Shown piece after piece: positions 9,004 through 18,702 of a stretch of DNA of 35,326 nt. Within the stretch, counting starts at the first letter, position 1. Each line of letters opens with the position of its first letter. The stretch lies in contig JBJKQR010000074.1 in the NCBI GenBank assembly GCA_046735395.1, forward strand, positions 1 through 35,326, written 5' to 3'. The notes beneath the pieces are model-generated. The model did no database searches, was not told the origin of the DNA, and was given only the letters and a program-made list of their open reading frames with translations. Source of the DNA: Fidelibacterota bacterium. GTDB lineage: Bacteria > Fidelibacterota > Fidelibacteria > Fidelibacterales > DSDE01. Made by a program: the position numbers and the translations under genes.

Positions 9004-9191
9004 GACGATTCCTTTATTAATTCTTTCCACAATTTAGGGAATTATTACAATTTCCGGGGAAAAATATCCGAACATCATTCACGATATAAACTAGATCCGC
9101 GGCTGTTCAGGAAACATTCGTAAATTTTTCGTGGCAATTCCGTCCGAAAGGCTCTATACTGATTTTATCTGAATTAAAAGCGGAGTGAAAC

Positions 9192-12100
9192 ATGAAAGGC
9201 TGCATCGGAGTGCTGATTCCGATCCTGTTGCAGGGATCATGGATTCTGAATGAATTCATGGTAAATCCGGAAGGATCCGAAAACACGGATGAATTCATTG
9301 AACTGATCAATACCTCGCCCCTGTCCCGGTCACCGGCCGGCCTGTTCATCGGAGATGCAGGGGACATGGATGAACTGATGGTCACCAGTGAGCGGAGCCG
9401 GGTGGAGCCGGGGGGAATTCTGCTGATTCTGGATCCGGACTATGAAGGATCCTTTGATTCACTGCTGCCCGACACGCTGGTCACCGTCACCATCGGTGAC
9501 AGCCGCTTCGGAGGCTACGGCCTGAGTAACAGTTCGGAAAAATGGTATTTCCTGAGCGACAGTTCCGGATTCATTCTGGACAGCCTGTGTATTCCCGCCA
9601 ATCTTCCGGAAGGAGTATCCTATGAACGGCAGGATACCTCTTCGTCGACATGGAAAGTGTCAGTTGCCGTCGGCGGCACGCCCGGCCGGAGAAACAGCAT
9701 CTGCCCCGGCGACTATGATGCAGATCTGCGGATAGCAGGTTTCACGCCGGATTCATCCCGCCTGCAGCTTCAGATTATCAATACCGGAACCCGGCCCTGG
9801 CAGCCGGACAGCGTAAAGATCGCAGCCTCCTTTCCATTGTCCGCGGAAGCGCAGGTGATTTCGCTGAACGCAGAGCAAATCGGACGCGGCGACACACTGC
9901 GGCTCACCCGCATCCCTCTGTCCATCCTGTCTTCAGGGTGGCATCATTTTTCATGGTATCTGTATATCCGAGAAGCTGCCGGCCCTTTTTGTCATACCGA
10001 TTCGGTCTTTACGCATCCCGGCGGAAATCTGAAAATCAACGAGTATCTCTATCTGCCCGGCGAGGTGCTGACCTCCGAATATGTGGAGCTCCTCAATACG
10101 GGTGATCTGCCCGTCAATCTGCAGGATTTTTATGTGGGTGATGACAGCCGCCTGGCACGGATCACTCCTCGGCCGGTCTATTTACGGCCGCAACGGTTCA
10201 TCCTGCTCTGTGAAAATACAAATGCCTTTCCCGGCCTTCCCGATTCTCTGTGTCTGACTCCTGAATTCTGGCCGTCTCTGAATAATGATGGCGACAGCCT
10301 GAGAATCACCGGGCCCGGCTTTATCACCTGTGAAAAATTGCGATACACATCCGGAACCGCATCAGAAAAAGATGTGGCTATGGAACGGGTCGATACGGAA
10401 AAATCTGCAGAACTGGCGGAAAACTGGGCAGAACAACGCGGCGGCAGCCCGGGGCTCCCCAATATCAACAAAATTCCGGATCAGCGTCTGCAGATCAGCA
10501 TCTGCGGCCTGTCCGCGACGGAGACGCGGCTTCACATTGCCCTGGCCATCCGAAATACCGGCCGGCTGACTACTTTCTGCAGCTCAGTCCGGATCCGCTG
10601 TTCCATCTCTCCGGAAAGTTATAATCAAGAGCCCCTGATCACCCGGTCAGTCACCCTGAATGACAGCCTGTTCCCTGGTGACAGCCTCTCCCTGGAATCG
10701 GACCTTGACGCCGGCTGGACGGGAATGAATTACTTCCTGGCAGATTTCCCCGCTGATGAGAATAACCCGGACTGCGATTCCCTCTTTCTGCTTCCGGAAC
10801 CGTCCTCCCTCGCCATTAACGAATTCTGTCCCATCCCGGGAGATGACATCACGGCGGAATATGTGGAATTATTCAATCAGGGGACATTGCCCGTGAACCT
10901 CCGAAGCTGTCGTCTCGCAGACCGTACACGGGCCATCCCGCTGTCACAGGCCGGGCTTGCTGAACCCGGCACCTTTTCCGTACTGGCACCGGCCGGCGCT
11001 CAGCTGAACAGCCAGCCCGGCTCACCCATATGGCGGCTGAGCCTCTGGCCCAGCCAGAACAACAGTTCCGACCTCATTCAATTACTCGGGCCCAACGCAT
11101 CCATTATTGATGAGCTGGAATATGATTCGGACTGGGACATACGGGACGGATTCGCCCTCGAACGCATCAATGTACTGCTGCCCGCAAAGGATCCGCAGAA
11201 CTGGGCAGCCAATGCCTCCGGAAGTCCCGGATCAAAGAATCATCTCACCGCCGGCCTTCAGCAGCTGACGTATTTTGACTTCCGAATTCTGAATACCGGG
11301 AACGAAAAGCCTTTCACACTAACCCTGTCAGCCCGCAATACGGGATTCCGTCCTCTGGAAAATCTGCTCTTCAGCTTGTACGGTGACAGGAACTTTGACG
11401 GCCTCTGCCAGCAGCAGGAGGAGCTTGCCGTCTCCCGTTTACCTGCGTCCCTTTCTGTCGGTGATACACTCCGGACCACGCTTTCCTTCGGTTCTCCGGT
11501 TCCGGGAATTCTCCCGCTGATTTTCCGGGACAATCTGGGGAATATCCGATCCGATACGGTAATTACGAATTATGACCAGCCCCGGATCCGCATCAATGAG
11601 CTCATGCCCATACCTGAGGCCGGAGGTCAGGAGTGGATCGAACTGGTGAATACGGGCAATGACACCCTGAACCTCATGGGCTGGATCATCCACGATGCCC
11701 GCGACTCCTGTGCCCTCCCCCGGATCAGTCTGCCGGCCGCACCCGGTGATTTTATTCTTATCTGTCCCCGGGAAGATCCGCTATATAATTTTCCCGTTCC
11801 CGACCAATGCCTGTTCATCCCCTCAGCCATTCCCGGCCTGAATAACTCCACCGATCATCTCGTGCTCCTTACACCCTCCGGCTCGCCGGTCGATTCTCTT
11901 TCCTATGGGCCGCTTCCCGCACCCGAGCATGGAATTTCCCTGGAATTCGGAACGGACAGCGGCTGGATGAACAGCATGGACCCCCTGGGCGCCACACCCG
12001 GACGCATCAACAGCCGTGAAGCCTGGAACTACCACCTGGAGCTTCTGCACGGCCCCAGCAATCTCTGCAGCCGCGGCGATTCCATCCGACTGTTCATCCT

Positions 12101-13094
12101 CAATAACGGATACCGGAATATTGAGAATATATCAGTGAAATTATCTTTTGAAGATCGGCTTTTTCTCGAACTTCATCTGCAGATCTTCCCTGTGGGCGAC
12201 ACGCTCCGCATCTCCCATCCCTGCGGCCCGGCCCTGCCCGAAGGCCCCGGAGTCATAAGGATATTCTGCATGTCTCAGGATATCACCTATAGCGACACAT
12301 CCCTGTATTTTCGCAGCTTCGATCACAGTCCGGCCGGAATCAATGAAGTCCTGTTTGTCTTTTCCGAATCAAACCCGCTACCCGAATTTATTGAAATCGC
12401 CAGCAGCGACAGCCTGCTCGATCTGAATGGATGGTCCGTTCTCACCTCTAATTCATCCCTGCAGCTGCCTCCCGGAAAGGGACGCACTCACCGTATTCTC
12501 ACCGCTTCCGACTCCGCCTTCGCAGCCCAATCCACCCTCTATCCGCCCCTCGGCCGCTTTCCGGTCCTGAAAAACAGCGGGGATATCCTGCGGCTGCTGG
12601 ATCCGGCAGGTGTCATCATGGATTCTGCAGATCTTCGAAATCATTCCGAAATCATGCCCGGAATTTCCCTTGAAAAAAATTCTGACGCAAGCCGCTTCGC
12701 ACCGCCATCAGCCTGGGGACGCAGCCTTTCGTCAACCGGCCACAGCGCGGGCCGTCCCAATTCACGCGCGGTTTTAACCGCCTCGGAGAAAAACAGCCTG
12801 AGTATCTTTCCGGCCCATCTCAGCAGCCGGCAAAATACATCCGGCGCCCTGTTCACCATTATCTGTTCCTCCGGGCTTCAGTCGGCGGAGCTGTACATTT
12901 TTGACCTGCGCGGGCGCCTCATATTCAATACCGGCACAATCTGGTCGGATGGGGGGCGCAGCCAGCTCTCCTGGAACTGCCGGGATCCGCACGGAGATTT
13001 TCTGCCTGTCGGTCTTTACCTCGGGCTGGTAAAAGTGCGCGATACTCGGAACAGGCTTCATATCTTCCGGAACTCATTTACCGTTTATGAATGA
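9192..13094 (+). CDS. Secreted multi-lamin-tail-domain protein with CARDB/Ig-like spacers and a C-terminal FlgD-Ig/T9SS-type-A-like domain
   Basis: Five (I/L)NE...E(F/Y/W)(I/V)E(L/I) starts, each closed by a (T/S)PG..N-like motif. C-terminus IFDLRGRLI...WNCRD..G..LPVGLY. GGAG upstream of the ATG and a short hydrophobic N-terminus. Confidence 0.85.
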   Translation: MKGCIGVLIPILLQGSWILNEFMVNPEGSENTDEFIELINTSPLSRSPAGLFIGDAGDMDELMVTSERSRVEPGGILLILDPDYEGSFDSLLPDTLVTVTIGDSRFGGYGLSNSSEKWYFLSDSSGFILDSLCIPANLPEGVSYERQDTSSSTWKVSVAVGGTPGRRNSICPGDYDADLRIAGFTPDSSRLQLQIINTGTRPWQPDSVKIAASFPLSAEAQVISLNAEQIGRGDTLRLTRIPLSILSSGWHHFSWYLYIREAAGPFCHTDSVFTHPGGNLKINEYLYLPGEVLTSEYVELLNTGDLPVNLQDFYVGDDSRLARITPRPVYLRPQRFILLCENTNAFPGLPDSLCLTPEFWPSLNNDGDSLRITGPGFITCEKLRYTSGTASEKDVAMERVDTEKSAELAENWAEQRGGSPGLPNINKIPDQRLQISICGLSATETRLHIALAIRNTGRLTTFCSSVRIRCSISPESYNQEPLITRSVTLNDSLFPGDSLSLESDLDAGWTGMNYFLADFPADENNPDCDSLFLLPEPSSLAINEFCPIPGDDITAEYVELFNQGTLPVNLRSCRLADRTRAIPLSQAGLAEPGTFSVLAPAGAQLNSQPGSPIWRLSLWPSQNNSSDLIQLLGPNASIIDELEYDSDWDIRDGFALERINVLLPAKDPQNWAANASGSPGSKNHLTAGLQQLTYFDFRILNTGNEKPFTLTLSARNTGFRPLENLLFSLYGDRNFDGLCQQQEELAVSRLPASLSVGDTLRTTLSFGSPVPGILPLIFRDNLGNIRSDTVITNYDQPRIRINELMPIPEAGGQEWIELVNTGNDTLNLMGWIIHDARDSCALPRISLPAAPGDFILICPREDPLYNFPVPDQCLFIPSAIPGLNNSTDHLVLLTPSGSPVDSLSYGPLPAPEHGISLEFGTDSGWMNSMDPLGATPGRINSREAWNYHLELLHGPSNLCSRGDSIRLFILNNGYRNIENISVKLSFEDRLFLELHLQIFPVGDTLRISHPCGPALPEGPGVIRIFCMSQDITYSDTSLYFRSFDHSPAGINEVLFVFSESNPLPEFIEIASSDSLLDLNGWSVLTSNSSLQLPPGKGRTHRILTASDSAFAAQSTLYPPLGRFPVLKNSGDILRLLDPAGVIMDSADLRNHSEIMPGISLEKNSDASRFAPPSAWGRSLSSTGHSAGRPNSRAVLTASEKNSLSIFPAHLSSRQNTSGALFTIICSSGLQSAELYIFDLRGRLIFNTGTIWSDGGRSQLSWNCRDPHGDFLPVGLYLGLVKVRDTRNRLHIFRNSFTVYE

Positions 13095-13134
13095 TTTCAC
13101 TGTCGACGCCCTTCCTTCCCGAAATATTTAATAA

Positions 13135-13163
13135 TTGTCACCGTATCAGGATTGGACTATATT
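13135..13163 (+). promoter_or_regulatory. Putative sigma70-type promoter for the lipid kinase-hydrolase genes
   Basis: TTGTCA (13135-13140), 17-bp spacer, TATATT (13158-13163), in an AT-rich intergenic region. Confidence 0.6.
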
Positions 13164-13282
13164 TCAGGACAAAATGATGGCCGGGCAGGATTGCCATATG
13201 CGGACGTATTATTACTTAATCATTACAGAAAACAACCGGTTGCGAAACCTAAACAGGCACACGATCAATAAAGAGGTTCAGA

Positions 13283-14209
13283 GTGAAGGCAATCTGTAAT
13301 CTGACGGCCGGCGAAGGACTGGCAAAAACGCGGTGGAAACGATTCAGCGCCCGGATGGCCGCGGCCGGAATCGAATTCGATACAGCCTTTACCCGGTATC
13401 GGGGCCACGCGAGTGAACTTGCCGCGACCATCGCAGAAAGCACTCAGGGCACGGAACGGCTGCTGGTATTCGGGGGCGACGGAACGCTCAATGAAGTCAT
13501 CAACGGCCTGATAAGAAATGACGAGAACAAAGCCCCGGAGCTTGAACTCCTTTTCATTCCCGCCGGCAGCAGCTGCGATTTTGAGAAACTGATCATGAAA
13601 CATGAGGATTACGTTGAGAGGGTCCGCTCGACGGATGTCATACCCATTGATATCGGCAAGGTGTCATGTAACAAGGAGGACGGAAGTCCTGCTGTCCGGT
13701 ATTTTATCAATAACTCAAGCATCGGAATCATCAGCGAAGCCAATGAAGTATTCAATTCGGCCCGAGGGCTGACGCGGCGAATCAAACAGTTCAGTGTGGA
13801 CGCGGGAGCCATCCTGGCGGGCCTGGATGCCATCAGGCATTTTCAGGATCTGTCCGCTGTCTGTTCCAGTCCGTCTCTCCCGGAGCAGAATCTGAAAATC
13901 AGCAACGTGACCGTATTTAAAAATCCCTATTTCGGCGGCGGCATGAATTATGGGGTGGATCCGGGACGGCAATCGGGAAACTTCGGCATCGCCATTGTCG
14001 GCCCTCTGTCAAAACCGGGACTCCTGGCTCTGATTCCGGCGCTGTATATGGGCCGCATTACGCGACGATCAGATGTCAGCTATTTTGAGGACCGCGCCTT
14101 CAGCATTACACCGGGACGAAAATCAGAGGTTGAAACGGATGGCGAGACGGCAGGCAGCGGGCCGGCCCGCTATGAGGTGATTCCCCAATGCATAAAAGTG
14201 GTGATCTGA
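13283..14209 (+). CDS. Diacylglycerol kinase catalytic-family lipid kinase (YegS/BmrU/DgkB-like)
   Basis: NLTAGEG, TRYRGHA, GGDGTLNEVING, IDIG, FIN, YFGGGM, ETDGE. GTG start follows AGAGG. Confidence 0.88.
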   Translation: MKAICNLTAGEGLAKTRWKRFSARMAAAGIEFDTAFTRYRGHASELAATIAESTQGTERLLVFGGDGTLNEVINGLIRNDENKAPELELLFIPAGSSCDFEKLIMKHEDYVERVRSTDVIPIDIGKVSCNKEDGSPAVRYFINNSSIGIISEANEVFNSARGLTRRIKQFSVDAGAILAGLDAIRHFQDLSAVCSSPSLPEQNLKISNVTVFKNPYFGGGMNYGVDPGRQSGNFGIAIVGPLSKPGLLALIPALYMGRITRRSDVSYFEDRAFSITPGRKSEVETDGETAGSGPARYEVIPQCIKVVI

Positions 14210-14210
14210 T

Positions 14211-15098
14211 ATGGAAACAATTGATCTGAAAGAATTCTGCGCTCCCGGAGCGGCTGTACATGAATCTCTTTTCGACACATCAAGCGGTGTAAAACTGAAA
14301 CTCATAACCTTTACACCGGCGCGTGATGAAGGGAAATTACCGGTTGTATTCGTTCCCGGCTGGATATCACGGATGGCCGGCTGGAAAATAATTCTCCGGG
14401 AAATGACGGCAACCCGGGTTGTCCATTATCTCGAAACGCGGGAAAAAATCTCCTCCCTCACTCCGCCGGACGCCGACCAGTCGGTGGAAGCCATCGCCGG
14501 AGACATCTGTGATTACATTCATCAGAATCATTTCAAGCGGAATCAGTATCTGCTCTTCGGATCTTCACTCGGCGCCACGGCCATTCTGCAGGCCGCGCCG
14601 GATATTCAGGAAACCCCCGCCGCCCTGATTCTCATCGGACCCAATGCCGTGTTCCGCGTCCCGATCTGGGGAAAAGCCGTCATTCGGCTCTTTCCGCCAC
14701 GCTTTTATGAAATTTTCAAGATCTTCATCAAATGGTACCTGAAAACCTTTCGCCTGAATGTCCGCCATGACCAGGCGCAGTACGATAAATATGCGGTCGC
14801 ACTGGATATCGCCGATCCCTACAAACTGAAGAAATCCGCGCTATCGCTCTCGACCTATCAGGTATGGGAACGGCTTCCCCACATTGATATACCGGTTCTG
14901 CTCATCAATGCCGGGAAGGATAATCTGCATGAGCCGCAGAACATCAACCGAATGTATGATCTTCTCAGGAATGTGGATATGGTGGATATGGAGACGAATA
15001 CAGGCACGCATTCGGCTCAGATGGTCCGGACAATGGATGATTTCGTTTCCGGTCTGACAGGCCCGGTCCCTGAGGGCAACATCCCTGCTGAGCAATAA
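14211..15098 (+). CDS. Alpha/beta fold hydrolase
   Basis: VFVPGW oxyanion region, GSSLGA nucleophile elbow, PVLLINAGKD acid, C-terminal His. It starts 1 bp after the kinase. Confidence 0.8.
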   Translation: METIDLKEFCAPGAAVHESLFDTSSGVKLKLITFTPARDEGKLPVVFVPGWISRMAGWKIILREMTATRVVHYLETREKISSLTPPDADQSVEAIAGDICDYIHQNHFKRNQYLLFGSSLGATAILQAAPDIQETPAALILIGPNAVFRVPIWGKAVIRLFPPRFYEIFKIFIKWYLKTFRLNVRHDQAQYDKYAVALDIADPYKLKKSALSLSTYQVWERLPHIDIPVLLINAGKDNLHEPQNINRMYDLLRNVDMVDMETNTGTHSAQMVRTMDDFVSGLTGPVPEGNIPAEQ

Positions 15099-15137
15099 AT
15101 TCTGAATCTGAAGCAAGCGGGATCAGGGAATTTGCCT

Positions 15138-15167
15138 CTGACAAATTTCCCGGATTTTCCCTATATT
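15138..15167 (+). promoter_or_regulatory. Putative promoter for serA-DUF1015
   Basis: CTGACA, 18-bp spacer, TATATT (15162-15167), followed by a strong SD GAGGAGG at 15184-15190. Confidence 0.4.
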
Positions 15168-15197
15168 TTACATACGTTGAAAAGAGGAGGAGTCATT

Positions 15198-16091
15198 ATG
15201 AAAATATTAATTTCCGACGGCCTGAGTCAAGACGGTCAGCAGATCCTGGCTGACAACGGCATTGATTTTCATATCGAACATTATGAAGCGGAAGACCTGA
15301 AGCGAGTCATCGGAGACTATGATGCCATCCTGGTCCGGTCCGCCACCCTTGTGACCCGGGAAATCATCGATGCCGGGCGGAACCTGAAGGCCATTGCCCG
15401 CGGCGGCGCCGGAATCGACAATATTGATCACGTCTATGCAAAGGAAAAGGGCATTCCGGTGCTGAACACACCGGGAGCAAATTCCGCGTCGGTGGCTGAA
15501 CTCGTGCTCGCCCATCTGTTTGCCCTTTCCCGCTCCATTCCCCAGTCAAACGCCAGTATCCGTGCAGGACGCTGGGAAAAGAAAACGTACAAAGGAAATG
15601 AAATTGCAGGGAAGACTCTGGGTATTGTAGGCTTCGGAAAGATCGGTCAGATTCTCGCGGAAAAGGCCTTGGGCCTGGGGATGAACGTCCTCGCCTACGA
15701 TGTCATGCCCCAAAAATCCGATCTTGATGTCCGAATTGTTGACCTGGCCACCATCATCTCCGAATCGGATGTCATGTCTCTCCATGTTCCCAAACTCGCC
15801 CAGCCCCTTATCGGCACAGATGAACTGGCTAAGATGAAAAAAGGCGCCATTCTGATCAACTGCGCACGGGGAGGCGTCGTCGATGAAAAGGCGCTGTATG
15901 AAGCCCTGAAATCCGGCCACCTCGCCGGAGCCGGCCTGGACGTATTTGAAAAGGAACCGCCGGCAGAATCCGAATTGCTTTCTCTGCCGAATGTCTCCGT
16001 CACGCCTCATATCGGAGCCTCCACAATTGAAGCACAGAATCGGGTGGGAACCGATATCGCCCGGAAACTGGTAAATACGCTGAAAGGATAA
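15198..16091 (+). CDS. serA: D-3-phosphoglycerate dehydrogenase, short form without an ACT domain (D-2-hydroxyacid dehydrogenase family)
   Basis: VRSAT, RGGAGIDNID, NTPGANSASVAE, GFGKIG, INCARGG, DVFEKEP, TPHIGASTIEAQ. It is adjacent to DUF1015. Confidence 0.85.
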   Translation: MKILISDGLSQDGQQILADNGIDFHIEHYEAEDLKRVIGDYDAILVRSATLVTREIIDAGRNLKAIARGGAGIDNIDHVYAKEKGIPVLNTPGANSASVAELVLAHLFALSRSIPQSNASIRAGRWEKKTYKGNEIAGKTLGIVGFGKIGQILAEKALGLGMNVLAYDVMPQKSDLDVRIVDLATIISESDVMSLHVPKLAQPLIGTDELAKMKKGAILINCARGGVVDEKALYEALKSGHLAGAGLDVFEKEPPAESELLSLPNVSVTPHIGASTIEAQNRVGTDIARKLVNTLKG

Positions 16092-16094
16092 ACC

Positions 16095-17339
16095 ATGGTA
16101 CAGATAAAAGGATTCAGAGCCTTACGCCCCCGGCCCGACCTCGCCCGAAAAATCGCCTCCCGGCCCTACGACGTCCTGAACAGCGATGAAGCACGGCTTG
16201 AAGCACGGGGAAATCCCTGGTCCTTTCTCCACGTCGTCAAATCCGAAATCGATCTTCCAGGCGATACCGGACATTACGACAGTATCGTCTACGAGAAGGC
16301 CGCGGACAATCTTCAGAAAATGGCCGAAGAAGGCTGGATGATCCGGGAAAATTCAGACGCCATGTATCTCTATCGTCAGATCATGGGAGATCATGAGCAG
16401 TACGGATTGGTCGTATCATCCGCGGTGGACGATTATCTGCAGGGAAAAATAAAAATTCATGAACTGACGCGGGCGGTCAAGGAACAGGACCGCATCAACC
16501 ATGTAGACATTGTCAATGCCAACACCGGCCCGGTTTTCCTGACCTACCCCGCAAAGGCGGACATTGACAGGAAACTGGCGGACGCGGCCAAGGCCGATCC
16601 TGACTATGATTTTACGGCCGATGACGGAATCCGGCACACGGTGTGGGTACTGCGGGATGAAGCGCTGCAATCCTTTCTGACCCAGGCCTTCGCAGCTCTG
16701 CCGGCCACCTATGTCGCCGACGGCCATCACCGCAGCAAAAGCGCGGCCATGGTGGGTAAAATGCGCCGGGAACAGAATCCCGACCACAACGGCAGCGAGG
16801 AATACAACTGGTTCCTGTCCGTGCTGTTTCCCGATAATCAGCTGAAAATTCTGGATTACAATCGCGTTGTAAAGGATCTGAACGGCCTCAGCAAGGCTGC
16901 TCTGTTCGGGAAACTGGAAACGGTATTTTCCATTCAGCCCTGTGAAAACGGCAAGGAGGCAAAACCTGCGGAAAAAGGGGATTTTGCCATGTATCTCGAA
17001 AAACAATGGTACCGACTGTCAGCCCTAAACGTGGCTAACTCTGACGATCCGGTTGAAAACCTCGACGTTTCCATCCTCCAGCGTCATGTTCTGACGGATA
17101 TTCTGGGTATCGGCGATATCCGCAATGATGAACGGATTGATTTCGTGGGCGGTATCAGAGGGCTGGAAGAACTGGAAAAACGTGTGGATTCGGGTGAGAT
17201 GTCAATTGCCTTCGCTCTCTGGCCCACCTCCATTCATGAACTCATGGCCATCGCCGATGCCGGCTTGATCATGCCGCCCAAATCAACGTGGTTCGAACCC
17301 AAACTTCGCAGCGGGCTGCTGGTTCATTTGCTCGACTGA
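16095..17339 (+). CDS. DUF1015 family protein
   Basis: FRALRP, PYDV, IKIHELT, YVADGHHR, ILDYNRVV, IDFVGGIRG, MPPKSTWFEPKLRSGL. Confidence 0.93.
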   Translation: MVQIKGFRALRPRPDLARKIASRPYDVLNSDEARLEARGNPWSFLHVVKSEIDLPGDTGHYDSIVYEKAADNLQKMAEEGWMIRENSDAMYLYRQIMGDHEQYGLVVSSAVDDYLQGKIKIHELTRAVKEQDRINHVDIVNANTGPVFLTYPAKADIDRKLADAAKADPDYDFTADDGIRHTVWVLRDEALQSFLTQAFAALPATYVADGHHRSKSAAMVGKMRREQNPDHNGSEEYNWFLSVLFPDNQLKILDYNRVVKDLNGLSKAALFGKLETVFSIQPCENGKEAKPAEKGDFAMYLEKQWYRLSALNVANSDDPVENLDVSILQRHVLTDILGIGDIRNDERIDFVGGIRGLEELEKRVDSGEMSIAFALWPTSIHELMAIADAGLIMPPKSTWFEPKLRSGLLVHLLD

Positions 17340-17364
17340 TCCGATTCAAAAGGGACCCTGACTC

Positions 17365-18111
17365 TTACCGGACGTCCGGTTTTTTGCCACAATTCAAATA
17401 ATACTGCCGCATTTCCTCCGGAAATTTTTCAATAGCGTACCTCAGCATGGTCCGCGGCATATTCCTGCAAAAACGGTCCAGAAAATCCGTTTCCGCCTTT
17501 TGATTCCGGTTGCCGGCCTCGCGCAGCATCCAGCCCACCGCCTTGTGGATCAGGTCCTCCCTGTCCGTTAGCAGTAATTCAGATATACGCAGAATGTCCG
17601 TGAAATCATTTCGTTTAATAAAATAAAAACAGGCAATAGCAGCAATCCGCCGCTCCCAGAGACTTGTGGATTTCGCCAGGCGGTTCAGAGGCGACCGTTC
17701 CCTGTTTTCAAGGTAGCGCCCCACTATGTGTTCCGCCGATGAATCCACCAGATCCCAATTGTTAATATACTCCGTATTTCGAAGGTACATTCTGAAAATT
17801 GTTTCGTCTTCACCCGCTTCCAGGGGATGCTGACTGCGGACCACCAGAACAAAAAGTGTCAGTAATCTCATTTCATGAAACGGTGACTGCAGAGTCCTTT
17901 CCAGATCTTTCAGAGCCATTGACCGGAATTGACGAACAAGGCCGCGCAGAACGGGAACCCGGATTCCCAGAAAAATGTCCCCTTCACCGTATTCTCCCGG
18001 TTTGGTCTTGAAAAATCTCTGCAATTGCCTCGCCTGTTCATCATTCCGAAGCGATTCCAGCACTTCAGTCATTGAAGCCGTCTCTGCCCTTCTTTCCATA
18101 TTCCCTTTCAT
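17365..18111 (-). CDS. DNA alkylation repair protein (AlkD-like HEAT-repeat glycosylase family)
   Basis: FFKTKPGEYGEGDIFLGIRVP, INNWDLVD, LWERR, DLIHKAVGWMLRE, MPRTMLRYAIE. Start is uncertain (18111 or 18099). Confidence 0.9.
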   Translation of the reverse strand: MKGNMERRAETASMTEVLESLRNDEQARQLQRFFKTKPGEYGEGDIFLGIRVPVLRGLVRQFRSMALKDLERTLQSPFHEMRLLTLFVLVVRSQHPLEAGEDETIFRMYLRNTEYINNWDLVDSSAEHIVGRYLENRERSPLNRLAKSTSLWERRIAAIACFYFIKRNDFTDILRISELLLTDREDLIHKAVGWMLREAGNRNQKAETDFLDRFCRNMPRTMLRYAIEKFPEEMRQYYLNCGKKPDVR

Positions 18112-18336
18112 TCCGCTGCGTCCCTTCCAATTATGGTAAATCATTCCTCAGAATCTCCGGACTTCTGCCGCGGAATGCAAATCGATTCTTCCCGCTTATT
18201 CTGTTATCATATTCTGTACTTGCCGCCGCGATCACAATATGCCGCAGCCTCCCTGCTTTTTTACCATTCTCTGTGGTTTTTTTTAAGGAAATATGCCTGT
18301 GAATCCGTAATTTCTTTTTGAACGAAGGAGGCATTT

Positions 18337-18657
18337 ATGCTAATGGAACGGTCTGCATTGACTCTCAGGGCAAAGAAACTGTTTCTGGAATGGGTTCTCA
18401 GCCTGGGTAATGATGACGGCTTTGATGATATTTCATTGGACTATCTTAATCAGAACAAGGCCGTTTATCTGCTCCTCCCCGAGGATCTGGACGATCCGCA
18501 GGCCTGGATTGAGACTAATTTTCATGTTCTCATGGAGAATGAATTCACATCCTGGACGGAAGACCCGGCATCCTGGCCGAACAGCCATGACTTGGAACTT
18601 TTCAATGATTTTTTCGATGTGGAATTTCACGATCTGGTCTTTGACACCGTCTCATAG
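18337..18657 (+). CDS. Small acidic conserved hypothetical protein
   Basis: AAGGAGG SD. The pattern EF.SW..D...WP......LF..FFDVEFH..VFD resembles a widespread uncharacterised family. Confidence 0.75.
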   Translation: MLMERSALTLRAKKLFLEWVLSLGNDDGFDDISLDYLNQNKAVYLLLPEDLDDPQAWIETNFHVLMENEFTSWTEDPASWPNSHDLELFNDFFDVEFHDLVFDTVS

Positions 18658-18702
18658 TCAGATACTGGTTCCGGCTCAAACTCACTAACAGAAGGAAACA
18701 CC

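Noticed and set aside
9037..9060. AGGGAATT...ACAATTTCC similarity with 15125-15153 as a shared operator
   Set aside because: The spacing differs between the two sites, and the match could be chance in AT-rich intergenic DNA.
15132..15197. Longer ORF-track starts (serA 15132, also 9030, 18144, 27869, 33379)
   Set aside because: Downstream ATGs fit SD position, family N-termini or lack of overlap better.
18197..18217. TATTCTGT direct repeat in the divergent intergenic region
   Set aside because: Only two 8-bp copies, which is not distinguishable from chance.
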